NCBI GenBank assembly: GCA_963822965.1
Contig: CAWGJT010000009.1
Span: 96,001 to 160,000, forward strand
Source: an uncultured delta proteobacterium
Lineage (GTDB): Bacteria; Myxococcota_A; UBA9160; UBA4427
Length of the DNA: 64,000 bases
Direction: 5' to 3'
In this document: positions 1 through 15,229 of the stretch, in pieces
Position numbering within the stretch: the first letter of the stretch is position 1
How the letters are laid out: each line of letters opens with the position of its first letter
Position numbers and translations under genes: made by a program
The notes under the pieces: model-generated
What the model was told of the DNA's origin: nothing
Database searches by the model: none
What the model saw: the letters and a program-made list of their open reading frames with translations, nothing else

Positions 1-1413
1 GCGACGATCCACGGTCTCGCCCGCGCCGGCGACAGCGCGCCGATCGACCACGCGACCATTCCGTAGAGCGGAACGAGCACCGGAAACAGATAGCGCCCCT
101 GCAGGGCGAGCTCGACGTAGCGGGAGGTCTGGTAGGTGGGATAGTTGACGAACCACATCAACACGAACACATAGCCGGCGACGAGGAAGGCAGCGTCCAC
201 CGGCACGCCGAAGGCTGCACCGGGACGCCAGCGGGCCGCGGCGAGCACCGCCGCGAGCGCCAGCACCGCGCAGTAGGGCATGAGCAGGGCGTCGCTCTTC
301 AGGGCGCGCCGGTGCCCGAGATAGCCGACGCTGGACTTCAGCATGCTGAAGCCCCAGACCGGCACGTAGGCGGCGCGGCCCATCACCGACGACTCCGGGA
401 GCTGGGCGGTCTTCAGCAGGAAGAGCGTATCGCCGCGGTCCCCCGCGTGGCGGATTCGCTGGGCCTGACGTCGGGCCTCGGCGATGTCGATCTCGCCGGA
501 GCGGAAGCGCTCCAGGATGCGGGATCGGGCGAAGACGCGGTTCTGCATGGCGTTCTGCTCGCCGACGACCTGGTCGAAGCCCGGACGCAGCTTGCCGTAG
601 TGCAGCAGGTTGCCGCCGTAGAGCGCGAGCACGAAGGCGGCGAGGAGCGCCACGCTCGCCGCCAGGGCGAGGGTGCGTGCTCCGGCGCCGCGCGACGCCT
701 CCGCCAGGGCGCTCGACCACGACCGCCAGTGCCGGCCTTCCCGCGCGAGGAGCAGCACCACGAGCAGGAAGCCGAGGGGCAGGAACGTGCGCTTCGCGAG
801 GCACCCCGCCAGCACCAGGGCGCCGAAGGCCAGCAGCCAGTCGGGTCGGCGCGTCGAGCCGCAGGCGGGTCGACGCCAGGACGGCCGCCGTCGCCAGGAA
901 GTTCGCCCCGTTGTCGTAGCTGAGGCTGGCCGAGAGCCCGGTGAACATGAGCGTGTTCGTGAGCATCGCCGTGAACAGGACCCGCGCCCAGGGGCTGCTG
1001 CACCAGTCGCGCATCCAGACGATTCCCATCCCGACGATGCCCAGACCGAGCACGCCGTTCAGGAGCCGCCCGAAGATCAGGTCCGGCAGCGGCACCACGT
1101 TCAAGGCGAGGCCCCGGGCCATCACCCAGTAGTAGAGCCAGGGACGATGGTCGACGAGGCCGTACTCGAAGGTGGCCGGACCGTTGTCGGGCACGCCCCA
1201 GACCTTCGCGTAGGCGAAGACCCGTCCCAGGTGGGTGACTTCGTCCGGGGGCACGAAGGGATGGAGCTCGACCGCCATCCACGCGACGCGCCCCACGAAC
1301 CAGCAGAGCAGGAGCGCGTGGGCGGCCAGCTCCCAACGCGGAAGACGGGCGGTCGGGCTGCGATCGGCGCCCGGGGCGTCCGGCTCGCGCGCCCGGGCTG
1401 CGGGGGCGGACAC
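1..1413 (-). CDS. DUF2142/GT-C-like multi-pass membrane glycosyltransferase; runs off the window, one apparent frameshift near 845
   Basis: Manual translation gives PFVPPDEVTH near the N-terminus, SLSYDN in the middle and QGRYLFP near the end, with many hydrophobic helices. GTG at 1413 lies 7 nt after the glmS stop. Not in the ORF track in its correct frame. Confidence 0.65.
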   Translation of the reverse strand, partial: MSAPAARAREPDAPGADRSPTARLPRWELAAHALLLCWFVGRVAWMAVELHPFVPPDEVTHLGRVFAYAKVWGVPDNGPATFEYGLVDHRPWLYYWVMARGLALNVVPLPDLIFGRLLNGVLGLGIVGMGIVWMRDWCSSPWARVLFTAMLTNTLMFTGLSASLSYDNGANFLATAAVLASTRLRLDAPTRLAAGLRRPGAGGVPREAHVPAPRLPARGAAPRAGRPALAVVVERPGGGVARRRSTHPRPGGERGAPRRLRARALRRQPAALRQAASGLRPGRRRAERHAEPRLRPIPHPGALPLRRDRHRRGPTSGPANPPRGGPRRYALPAEDRPAPGVVGDGPRRLRAGLGLQHAEVQRRLSRAPARPEERRPAHALLRGAGARGGARRGPLASRCSLRRAGGRCLPRRRLCVRVDVVRQLSHLPDLPLRRARPAGALSVSGARSALRNGRVVDRRAVAGAGETVDRR

Positions 1414-1420
1414 CCGGCGT

Positions 1421-3279
<1,859 letters not shown>

Positions 3280-3376
3280 GCTCGATCTCCCGCTCGCAAA
3301 CGGCCCCAGGCCGCCCGCGTTGGGGGCCGCCGGTACGACCGTCGTTCCCGAATCGTCGACGAATCCGACCCCGGGT

Positions 3377-4798
3377 CTACTCGCCGCCCTCTTCCCCGCC
3401 CGCTTCCCGCCCCTCTTGCCGGGCGTCTTCCTTCACTGCCCCTGCTTCTTTCGCCTCCCGGGCGCGCTGGGCACGGGACTCGCGACGCGCGCTCCAGCCC
3501 TCCACGTTCCGCTGGCGCGCCCGGGCCACCGCCAGGGCGCCTTCGGGCACCTCGAGGTTGATGGTCGAGCCGGCCGCCAGGAACGCGCCGTTCCGGATCG
3601 TCACCGGAGAGAGCAGGTTCACGTTGCAGCCGATGAACACGTCGTCGCCGACCGAGGTGCGGTACTTCGCGATGCCGTCGTAGTTCACCACCACGCTGCC
3701 ACAGCCGAAGTTGACCCGCTCCCCCACGTCGGCGTCGCCGATGTAGGTCAGGTGAGACGCCTTGGTTCCCTCGCCCAGCACGGCGTTCTTCACCTCGACG
3801 AAGTTGCCGATGCGCACCCCCCGGCACAGGTGGCAGTTCGGACGCAGGTGCGCGTTCGGTCCGATCACCACCTCGTCGTCCAGTCGGCTCGACTCGAGGG
3901 TGCGTGTACGCCTTGATGTGACAGCCTTCGCCGATGACCGTGTCGCCGAGGATCTGGCATCCCGGCTCGATCACGGTATCCCGCCCGATGCGGACGTCCA
4001 CGTCGATGTAGGTGCACGCGGGATCCACCAGGGTGACGCCTTCGGCCATCCAGTGCGAGGCGATGCGCCGGCGCAGCACGCGCCACGGCGGCCGCCAGCT
4101 CCTCCCGGGTGTTGATCCCCAGGCACTCGTCGGCGTCCGCGAGCGGAATCGCCGCGACCCGCTTGCCGCTGCGCACGGACGATTCCACCACGTCCGTGAG
4201 GTAGAGCTCGCCCTGGGCGTTCGCGGCGTCGAGACGCGCGAGCCCGCTGCGCAGGAGCTGCGCATCCAGGAGGTAGACGCCGGTGTTGCGTTCGCGGATC
4301 GCGAGCTCTTCGTCCGTCGCGTCCTGCTGCTCGACGACGCGCTCCACCCGACCCACGGCGTCGCGCAGGATGCGACCGGGAATCGAGGGCGCCTCGGCGG
4401 TGAGGATCACCAGGTCGGCGCCGCTGCGCTGCTTCTCGGCCTGCATGGCCCGCAGGCTCTCGGCGCGCAGGAGCGGCACGTCGGCGTAGAGGACGAGCAC
4501 GTCGCCCTGGAAGTCCGCCGAGCTTCGGCTCGGCCTGCAGGACCGCGTGGCCCGTCCCCTTCTGCTCGGCCTGCAGGACGAACTCGCAGCGGCCGGCGAA
4601 CCGCGCCTGGACCTCCTCGGCGTCCTTCCCGATCACCACGACGAGGCGTTCGGGCGCCAGGGCCTCGGCGGCGGCGAGGACGTGCGCCAGCATCGGGCGG
4701 CCGCACAGCTCGTGCAGCACCTTGGCCCGCCGGGACTTCATCCGCGTGCCCCGGCCGGCGGCCAGCACGATCACGGCCAGGTTCCCCGGCACGGTCAC
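3377..4798 (-). CDS. glmU: Bifunctional UDP-GlcNAc pyrophosphorylase/glucosamine-1-phosphate acetyltransferase (apparent frameshifts)
   Basis: [37 protein letters not shown], hexapeptide region [20 protein letters not shown]; directly upstream of glmS. Confidence 0.95.
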
Positions 4799-4976
4799 CT
4801 CGAGCCGCTCCGCGGCTTCTCATGGGTGTTGCGCATGTTCTTCATTTCTTCGGCCGTCGCGGCGGGATTCGTGACTCACCGGGGTCGCGCTCCCCGACAG
4901 GGAAGTGGCCCCGAGGCCCAGGAGGTTACCCCGACGGCGTTGGGCCGGCTCCCCCGGGGCATCCAGATCGCTCCCG

Positions 4977-5005
4977 TTGCCACGCCTGCACCCCGTTCCT
5001 ACGAT
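4977..5005 (+). promoter_or_regulatory. Sigma70-type promoter for hflX
   Basis: TTGCCA (4977-4982), 17-nt spacer, TACGAT (5000-5005); followed by GAGGAG at 5017-5022. Confidence 0.6.
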
Positions 5006-5028
5006 CCTGCCACCCCGAGGAGCCTCAC

Positions 5029-6776
<1,748 letters not shown>

Positions 6777-6841
6777 AGCCCTGCAAGCCCTGCCCGGGGA
6801 AGGGCGGCGGGCGAGCCGAACGGGCGATCGAGGGGGATGAG

Positions 6842-7859
<1,018 letters not shown>

Positions 7860-7978
7860 CGGACCGGACCGGCAGCCTGACGCGTCGCGCTATGTCCCCG
7901 GGGGTCGTCGGCTCGACGTATCCCTCGTTTTCTGACCCTAAGAATGCCTCCAGAGTGGCCTGAATTGCGCCAGAGCCC

Positions 7979-8031
7979 TTGACGCAATGACGCATCGTGT
8001 TATTTTCCCCGTCAGACAACGCAGCGCGTTG
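7979..8031 (+). promoter_or_regulatory. Putative promoter and operator of the phasin-like gene
   Basis: TTGACG-N16-TATTTT with an extended TG; direct repeat TGACGCA x2; perfect inverted repeat CAACGC-N3-GCGTTG at 8017-8031. Confidence 0.45.
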
Positions 8032-8107
8032 TGGCAACGGGTTCTGATCATCGCTCCGAGAAGCCCGTACGAATCGGAGCGGCAAGCAAGCAGGAGAGGA
8101 GATCGCC

Positions 8108-8530
8108 ATGCAGGAACGAGCCACGATTTTCGACGAGGGAATCGACCGCGTCCAGGAGGCCTGGAGCTCGGTCGAGGACGAGTTCGGGAAGCTCCAGAAG
8201 AACCTCGAGAAGCGCCGGAAGCGACTCGAGAAGGAGGCCGAGAAGCAGGTCAAGCGCTTCGAGAAGACCCCCTTCGGCAAGCGGGTCGTCTCCCTCCGCG
8301 AGGACACCCAGAAGCAGCTCGAGAGCACCCAGAAGCAGATCGAGAGCGGCATCGAGAGCCTCCTCGGGCTGCTCCCGGTGGCTTCGAGCGCCGAGGTGAA
8401 GCGACTCGAGCGCAAGATCGCGACGCTGACCCGGAAGGTGAACGCCCTCGAGAAGGCCAGCGCCGGCAAGCCGAAGTCGACGTCTGGCGCCTCCAGCGCC
8501 GGGCACAGCGGGGCGCAGGCGTCCGCCTGA
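8108..8530 (+). CDS. Phasin-like (PhaF/PhaI-type) granule-associated coiled-coil protein
   Basis: Charged amphipathic helices; LPVASSAEVKRLERKIATLTRKV resembles phasin C-termini; GGAGAGG SD upstream. Confidence 0.6.
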   Translation: MQERATIFDEGIDRVQEAWSSVEDEFGKLQKNLEKRRKRLEKEAEKQVKRFEKTPFGKRVVSLREDTQKQLESTQKQIESGIESLLGLLPVASSAEVKRLERKIATLTRKVNALEKASAGKPKSTSGASSAGHSGAQASA

Positions 8531-8577
8531 CGAAACCCCGAGGCGCCTTCCGGGCGCCGATCGCTTCGGCGAGAAAG

Positions 8578-8611
8578 GACGGGCCCGGCGCTCCAACGCC
8601 GGGCCCGTCTT
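8578..8611 (+). terminator. Stem-loop, probable terminator
   Basis: 13-bp perfect stem GACGGGCCCGGCG / CGCCGGGCCCGTC with a 6-nt loop and a weak U tail. Confidence 0.6.
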
Positions 8612-8694
8612 GCGTTCGCTACCCTGGCGCTCTCGGGAAGCCAGCCCCGGCACCCGCATCGATCGATCGGGACCCGCTGCAACGGAGACCCCCC

Positions 8695-9869
8695 GTGGCC
8701 GACTACAAAGGCGTCGACTTCCTCCGTCTCGACGAGACCCAGCTCAGCGAAGAGGAGTGCGTCGTCCGCGACTCGGTTCGCGACTGGGTCTCGAAGGAGT
8801 TCCTGCCCCGCCTCCAGGAGCACGTGCGCCGGGACGGATCCTTCCCGATGGAGCTCGTGCCCGCAGATCGCCGAGCTCGGCATGTTCGGCGCGAACCTCA
8901 CGGGCTACGGCTGCGCGGGCATGAACAACGTCGCGTACGGCCTGCTGATGCAGGAGCTGGAGCGGGGCGACTCGGGGCTGCGCTCGTTCGCGTCCGTGCA
9001 GGGCTCCCTGTGCATGTATCCGATCCACGCCTACGGCTCGCGAGGAGCAGCGGCAGCGCTGGCTGCCGGGCATGGCCGCCGGCGAGATCATCGGCTGCTT
9101 CGGCCTGACGGAGCCCGACTTCGGCAGCTTCGTGACGGGCATGGCCACCCGGGCCGAGCGCAAGGGCGACGGCTGGGTGCTGAACGGCACCAAGCGCTGG
9201 ATCACCAACGGCAGTCTGGCCCACGTCGCCATCGTGTGGGCCAAGGACGACGAAGGCGTCGTGCGCGGCTTCCTGGTGGAGACCGACCGACCGGGCTTCG
9301 AGGCCCGGGACATCAAAGGCAAGTTCTCCCTGCGGGCTTCGGTCACCTCCGAGCTCTTCCTGCAGGACGTGCAGCTACCCGACACCAGCCGCCTCGCGGG
9401 CGTCGAAGGCCTGCGCGGGCCCCTCTCCTGCCTCACCCAGGCGCGCTACGGCATCGCCTGGGGCGCCATCGGCGCCGCCATGGCGTGCTACGACGAAGCG
9501 CTCGAGTACACGAAGGAGCGCATCGTCCAGGGCGGCCCGCTCGCCAGCAAGCAGCTGACCCAGCAGAAGCTGGTCTTCATGCTGACCGAGATCACGAAGG
9601 CCCAGCTCCTGGCCCTGCAGCTCGGACGCCTGAAGGACGCCGGCCGCTACGACCACACCATGGTGTCCATGGCCAAGCGGAACAACGTGGACGTGGCGCT
9701 GCAGATCGCCCGGGAGGCCCGCGACCTGCTGGGCGCCAACGGCATCGTCGACGACTACTCGGCCATGCGCCACATGGTCAACCTCGAGACCGTCCGCACC
9801 TACGAGGGCACCCACGACGTCCACATGCTGATCCTCGGCGAGCACATCACCGGCATGCGGGCGATCTGA
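8695..9869 (+). CDS. Acyl-CoA dehydrogenase, glutaryl-CoA dehydrogenase-like (frameshifts near 8862 and 9040)
   Basis: [54 protein letters not shown]. Confidence 0.85.
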
Positions 9870-9890
9870 GCCGGTCCTCCGGGCGCCGAA

Positions 9891-10325
9891 ATGGCCAGCT
9901 GGCAGTGGTTCGGCCGCGTTCACCGCGGGCTCTACCGCGCGACCCACGGGCGCATCGGGGCGCGCCTGGCCGGGCTGCCGATGCTGCTGCTCACCACGAC
10001 CGGACGGAGGTCCGGCGATCCGCGCACCACCCCCCTCAGCTTCATGCCCGACGGCGACGACTTCGTGGTCGTGGGATCGAACAACGGTGGGCCCCGCGAC
10101 CCGGCCTGGTGGCTCAACCTGCAGCAGCGGCCCGAGGCCGAGATCCAGGTGGGCCGCGATCGCTTCGCGGTCCGCGCCGAGCGAGCGACGGGGGCCGAAC
10201 GCGAACGCCTCTGGCCCCGGCTGAAGGAATTCAATCGCGCCTACCGCCGCTACGAAGCAAAGACCCGCCGCGAGATCCCCGTGGTGAAGCTGCGGAAGAT
10301 CGCGGGCTCGCCGGCAGACGCCTGA
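9891..10325 (+). CDS. Deazaflavin (F420)-dependent nitroreductase family protein (Ddn-like)
   Basis: [41 protein letters not shown]. Confidence 0.85.
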   Translation: MASWQWFGRVHRGLYRATHGRIGARLAGLPMLLLTTTGRRSGDPRTTPLSFMPDGDDFVVVGSNNGGPRDPAWWLNLQQRPEAEIQVGRDRFAVRAERATGAERERLWPRLKEFNRAYRRYEAKTRREIPVVKLRKIAGSPADA

Positions 10326-10328
10326 GCG

Positions 10329-11171
10329 TCAGCGCGGAGCGGGCCGGGTGGCGTGGGCCTCGCGCACGGCGGCGGCCACGTTGTCGCCGTTGCGGTCGAG
10401 CAGGCGCTGGGCCTCTTCCGCCTCCACCCCGGCGAGCTGGACGACGATACGGACCGCTCGCGCCCGGAGCTTGTCGTTCACCGGCGTCACGTTCGTCATC
10501 AGGTTTCCCTGCACGCGGCCGAGCTGCACCATCACCGTGGTGGAGAGCAGGTGGAGCACCATCTTCTGGGCCAGGCCACCCTTCAGGCGGGTGGAGCCCG
10601 CGATCACCTCGGGACCCACCTCGGGCACGATCGCGATCTCGGCACCGTCGGCGAGCGGCGATCCCTTCGCGCAGGTGATGGCGATGCGGCGAGCGCCCGC
10701 GGCGTGGGCGGCCTCGAACGCTCCCAGCGCGTAGGGGGTGCGGCCGCTGGCGGAGATCGCGACGACCGCGTCTCCCAGGCGGAGCCCCCGTTCGCGCAGC
10801 TCCCAGGCGGCCGCCTCGGCGTTGTCCTCCGCCCCTTCCACCGCCTCGCGGAGCGCCCGGTCGCCGCCGGCGATCACGGCCTGGACGACGTGGGGGGGCA
10901 TGCCGAAGGTGGGCGGAATCTCCGAGGCGTCGAGCACCCCCATGCGCCCGCTGGTCCCCGCACCGACGTTGAACCAGCGCCCACCGCCCCGGAGCGAGCA
11001 GACCAGCACGTCCACGGCCCGGGCGATGTCCGGCAGCACGCGCCCCACGGCGGCGTGAGCCAGGGCGTCCTCGCGATGCATGAGCCGCAGCACGTCCTCG
11101 ACGCTCTGCTGGTCGAGATTGCGGGCTTCGTCGAGGATCGCCTCGGTGGGGGAGTCGTTCGCCTCGGTCAT
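10329..11171 (-). CDS. murQ: N-acetylmuramic acid 6-phosphate etherase
   Basis: [49 protein letters not shown]. Confidence 0.92.
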   Translation of the reverse strand: MTEANDSPTEAILDEARNLDQQSVEDVLRLMHREDALAHAAVGRVLPDIARAVDVLVCSLRGGGRWFNVGAGTSGRMGVLDASEIPPTFGMPPHVVQAVIAGGDRALREAVEGAEDNAEAAAWELRERGLRLGDAVVAISASGRTPYALGAFEAAHAAGARRIAITCAKGSPLADGAEIAIVPEVGPEVIAGSTRLKGGLAQKMVLHLLSTTVMVQLGRVQGNLMTNVTPVNDKLRARAVRIVVQLAGVEAEEAQRLLDRNGDNVAAAVREAHATRPAPR

Positions 11172-11267
11172 GGCCTGTCGTTTCGGAAGGCCGCCCGGCG
11201 AATCTGAAGCCCGATCGCCGCTACCCTCGCCCCGCGAGCCGCCGCGTGATTCGCCCATGAGACCTCC

Positions 11268-13736
11268 ATGATGCAGAAAACTCTCGAAAGCCTCGAATGG
11301 GTGGAGGTCACGAGCCGGCTGCGCGCCGAGTGTCGCACTCCCCAGGCTCGCGCGTGGCTGCCCGCGCGGACCGGCGGAACGGCCGATGAGGGGGTCGAGC
11401 AAGACCCCGAATCACCGGCGGCGGCTGCCGCCCCGGAGCCTCGCTTTCGCGAGCTCGCGACCGGTCTGCCCGAGGTGCGGGCGCGTCTCGCGGAGACCAG
11501 CGAAGCACGGGCCCTGCTCGACGCCGGGAAGGTGCCGCCCCTGGGCGGCGTCCACGACCTCGCGGCCGCGTTCCGGCGAGCGGGCAAGGGAGGATCCATG
11601 TCTCCCGACGAGCTTCTCGAGGTGCGCTCGACGCTGCTGGCCCTGCAGGAGACCGCGCGCTTCCTGGCGGCGGCCCGGGAGGCCGCCCCCCGGCTGGCCG
11701 AGCGGGCAGACGTGATCTCGGATCACCGGGCCCTCGCGCGAGAGATCGACCGGGCCATCGACCCGGGCGGCGAGGTGCGCGACGACGCCTCCCCCGAGCT
11801 GGCGACGGCGCGCCGGGACAGCCAGCAGCTGGCGTCCGAGCTGCAGCGACGTCTCGCCCGCTACCTGCAGGACCCGGACGTCGCGCCGAGCCTCTCCGAC
11901 GACTTCTATACCGTGCGCAACGACCGCTACGTGCTCCCGGTGCGATCGGATGCCCGGAGCGCCGTGCGCGGCATCGTGCACGACGCCTCTCGTTCCGGCA
12001 CCACGATCTTCGTGGAGCCCGAAGCCGTGGTCGAGCTGAACAACCGTCTGAAGCAGGCAGAGCTCGCGGCCGCCCGGGAGGTGGAGCGCGTGCTGCGAGC
12101 CCTCACGCGGAGCGTCGCCCTGCAGGCGTCCGTCGTGCGCGGCGACCTCGACATGCTCGCCGCCATCGATCTCGCCTTCGCCCGGGGCCGCCTCTCCCAG
12201 CAGATGCAGGCGACCGAGCCGCAGGTGGACACGGACGGGGTCTTCCACCTGCCGCAGCTGCGGCACCCCCTGCTGGACCCGCGAGAGGCCGTGCCCAACG
12301 ACCTGCACCTCGGGGAGAGCTGGCACGTGTTGGTGATCTCGGGCCCCAACGCCGGGGGCAAGACCGTGGCCCTCAAGGCCCTGGGGCTCGCGGCCCTGCT
12401 CGCGCGAGCCGGACTGCACGTGCCCGCCGCGCCGGGCGCCCGGGTGGCGCTCGTGGACCGGGTGATCGCCGACATCGGCGACGGTCAGGACATGCGCGAG
12501 AGCCTCTCCACCTTCTCGGCGCACATGGTGAACCTCGCGCGCATCGTGCGAACGGCCTCGAGGAACACCCTCGCCCTGCTGGACGAGGTGGGGGTGGGCA
12601 CCGACCCCGGCGAAGGCGCAGCCCTCGCCCAGGCCGTGCTCGAAGCGTTGGCCGACGCGGGCAGCCGGGTCGTCGCCACCACCCACTACAACCTGCTCAA
12701 GGAGATGGCGGCCGTCGACCCGCGCTTCTGCAACGCCAGCGTCGACTTCGACCCGGAGACCCTCGCACCCACCTATCGCCTCCACCTCGGCACCCCGGGC
12801 GCCTCCTCGGCCACTGCGGTGGCCGCGCGCATGGGCATGCCCTCGAAGGTGCTCGACCGCGCCAACGCGTTGCTGTCCCGCGAGGACCGGCGTCTCGACC
12901 AGATCCTCTCGGAGCTCTCGTCCAGCCGCGCCACGCTCGAGACCGAGCAACGCGAGGCGAAGGCGGCGCGAGCCGAGAGCGAGGGGCTGCGCAACGAGTA
13001 CCGGGAGAAGCTCGAGCGCCTGCAGGAGCGGCGCGACGCGCTCTTCCTGTCCATGCGGGAAGACCTCGACCGCGCCTTCAAGGAGGCCCATGCCGAGGTG
13101 GCCGGCGTCATCCGCGACCTCCAGCGCGGAGGCTCCGCCCGCGACGCTGCGGCCGCGCGCGCACGCCTGCAGGCGCTCGAAGAGGAGGCGCGCCGGGCCG
13201 AGCAGGAGGTCGGTCTCGAGCGCCGGGGGAAAGGAGCCCGTACGCTCGACTGGCGCAGCGCTCGCGCAGGGGACACGGTGGGGATCCCGGGCGGGGGTGC
13301 CGGCGTGCTGCAGTCCCTGCCGGATCGCCAGGGTCGCGTCCGCGTCCGGGTGGGAGCCGCGACGCTCGTGGTGCCCGCCGATCGCGTCACCGCGGCGACC
13401 GGGGGCGAGATCGCGAAGCCCGCGACGCCGCGGGTGCGAGTGGACCGGGCGGAGCACCCGGCGAGCGAGGCAACGATTCAGCTCGGGGGCACCCTGCACT
13501 GCGATCTGCGCGGCCTGCGGGCAGAGGAGGCTCGGGAGCGCGTCGCGGAGGCCCTGGATCGCGCCCTGGCCGACGACCGCGCCGCCGTCGAGTTCGTCCA
13601 CGGCGTGGGCACGGGCGCGCTGCGGCGCGTGGTGCGCGAGACGCTGGCCGAGTCGCCCTGGGTCACCGACGTCGCGGGCGGCGACCCCGATCACGGCGGC
13701 GAAGGGGTCACCACCGCGTTCCTCGGTCGCGCTTGA
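11268..13736 (+). CDS. mutS2: MutS2 with C-terminal Smr domain
   Basis: HDASRSGTTIFVEP, ISGPNAGGKT, SLSTFSAHM, LLDEVGVGTDP, DLRG...HGVGTGAL. Confidence 0.93.
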   Translation: MMQKTLESLEWVEVTSRLRAECRTPQARAWLPARTGGTADEGVEQDPESPAAAAAPEPRFRELATGLPEVRARLAETSEARALLDAGKVPPLGGVHDLAAAFRRAGKGGSMSPDELLEVRSTLLALQETARFLAAAREAAPRLAERADVISDHRALAREIDRAIDPGGEVRDDASPELATARRDSQQLASELQRRLARYLQDPDVAPSLSDDFYTVRNDRYVLPVRSDARSAVRGIVHDASRSGTTIFVEPEAVVELNNRLKQAELAAAREVERVLRALTRSVALQASVVRGDLDMLAAIDLAFARGRLSQQMQATEPQVDTDGVFHLPQLRHPLLDPREAVPNDLHLGESWHVLVISGPNAGGKTVALKALGLAALLARAGLHVPAAPGARVALVDRVIADIGDGQDMRESLSTFSAHMVNLARIVRTASRNTLALLDEVGVGTDPGEGAALAQAVLEALADAGSRVVATTHYNLLKEMAAVDPRFCNASVDFDPETLAPTYRLHLGTPGASSATAVAARMGMPSKVLDRANALLSREDRRLDQILSELSSSRATLETEQREAKAARAESEGLRNEYREKLERLQERRDALFLSMREDLDRAFKEAHAEVAGVIRDLQRGGSARDAAAARARLQALEEEARRAEQEVGLERRGKGARTLDWRSARAGDTVGIPGGGAGVLQSLPDRQGRVRVRVGAATLVVPADRVTAATGGEIAKPATPRVRVDRAEHPASEATIQLGGTLHCDLRGLRAEEARERVAEALDRALADDRAAVEFVHGVGTGALRRVVRETLAESPWVTDVAGGDPDHGGEGVTTAFLGRA

Positions 13737-13745
13737 CCGGACGCT

Positions 13746-15164
13746 TCAGGGCGTGCGGTCGAGATCGGCCAGCAGGGCGTCGGCGGCACGGGCTCCGCTC
13801 GAGACGGCATCCTCGAAGCGGGGGCCCGCCAGGTAGTCGCCGGCGAAGTAGAGGCGGCGGCCGAGCCCACGGCGATCCTGCTGCACGTTCTGGAAGCGGG
13901 CCATCTCACGATAGGCGCCCACCTCGAACCGGGGCACTCCGCCGCCGTGGCGATGCAGCTGCGAGAAGCGCCGGGAACGCGCCACGCCCGGCAGCAGCCC
14001 CGCCAGCGCTTCGTACAGCTCGCGCTCGAGGGCGTCGTCGGAATCGTCCGCACGCTGCACGGCGAAGCGCTGGGTGGCGGACAGCGTCACCAGACCCGTC
14101 CCTTCCGGCGCCCGGGAGCCGGGGAAGCCCGGCTCCACCAGCATCACCTCGATGGGCTGGCGTTCGCGGTGGGGAATGCGCACGAGCTCGGGCAGCCCCG
14201 TGAGCGGGCGGTCGCAGGCGACGCTCAGCCCCACGAGCGGTCCGAAGCGGACGCCCGCGAAGAAGTCGCGCTCCGCGGGCGTGATCAGCGGGCGGGCGAT
14301 TCGCGCCGCTTCCGCGGCGTTCGTAGCGAGGACCAGCGCGTCCAGCTCGAAGCGCTCGTCGCCCGCGGCGCCGCTGCAGGAAAGGGCCAGCCGGCCCGAG
14401 GCCTGCTGCTCCACCCGCTCGGCGCGCATGCCCCTTCGAACCTCGAGCTTCGTCGCGGCGGCTTCGGCCACCAGGCCCAGCCCGCCGGTGGCGAGACCGC
14501 ACTGGGCAGCGCCCGCGAGACACTGCCGCCAGTGCAGCAGGAAGCAGACGCGCGAGAGCTGCGCCTCGTCTCCCAGGGTGTCCGCGGTGACGCGGGGGGT
14601 GACGAAGTGCTCGAAGACGCTCTCGCCGAAGTAGAGCCGCGCGAAGTCCGCCACGCTGCGGTAGTCGAGGGACGCAGCGCGCTCCGGCCGTGCGGGATCG
14701 AGCAACGGCGCATAGCGTCGCATCAGCCGCGGCAATCTCAGCAGCCTCGCACGATCCCGCAGCCGCACGCCGGGAGTCCGCGCGATCTCGCCCAGGCTGC
14801 GCGCGGGGGTCGAGACGATGCGTCCCGCGTGCAGCTGCGCGGTGTGGACGGGCCGCAGGGGCAACAGCCGCGGCGCGGTGCCGACCTGTCGCATGAAGTG
14901 CAGCAGAGCGCGATCCTCGAACGACACGACCTGGAGCGAGCGGTCCAGCGAGAAGCCTTCCCGCTGCGCGAGCGTCGCCTTGCCCCCCACCTCGTCGCGC
15001 GCCTCGACCACCAGGACGCGCGCTCCGGCGTCCTGCAGGGCCGCAGCGGCCCGCAGCCCCGAGAGGCCCGCACCCACGACGCCGATGCGGCGGCCGCTGG
15101 CGCGGCCGTCGCGCGCCGCGCCGGCTCCGGTCTCCGTGACGGGCGATGTGCGGGGGGCTTCCAA
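13746..15164 (-). CDS. FAD-dependent oxidoreductase, protoporphyrinogen oxidase/amine oxidase family
   Basis: VVGAGLSGL, EARDEVGGK, C-terminal FAGDYL...AVSSG; AGGAG SD before a TTG start. Confidence 0.75.
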   Translation of the reverse strand: MEAPRTSPVTETGAGAARDGRASGRRIGVVGAGLSGLRAAAALQDAGARVLVVEARDEVGGKATLAQREGFSLDRSLQVVSFEDRALLHFMRQVGTAPRLLPLRPVHTAQLHAGRIVSTPARSLGEIARTPGVRLRDRARLLRLPRLMRRYAPLLDPARPERAASLDYRSVADFARLYFGESVFEHFVTPRVTADTLGDEAQLSRVCFLLHWRQCLAGAAQCGLATGGLGLVAEAAATKLEVRRGMRAERVEQQASGRLALSCSGAAGDERFELDALVLATNAAEAARIARPLITPAERDFFAGVRFGPLVGLSVACDRPLTGLPELVRIPHRERQPIEVMLVEPGFPGSRAPEGTGLVTLSATQRFAVQRADDSDDALERELYEALAGLLPGVARSRRFSQLHRHGGGVPRFEVGAYREMARFQNVQQDRRGLGRRLYFAGDYLAGPRFEDAVSSGARAADALLADLDRTP

Positions 15165-15229
15165 GGCGGCTCCTGGGTCGCGCGGGCGCGCAGCTTAGCC
15201 CGGATCGCTCGCGAAGCCCCGATTCCGGA

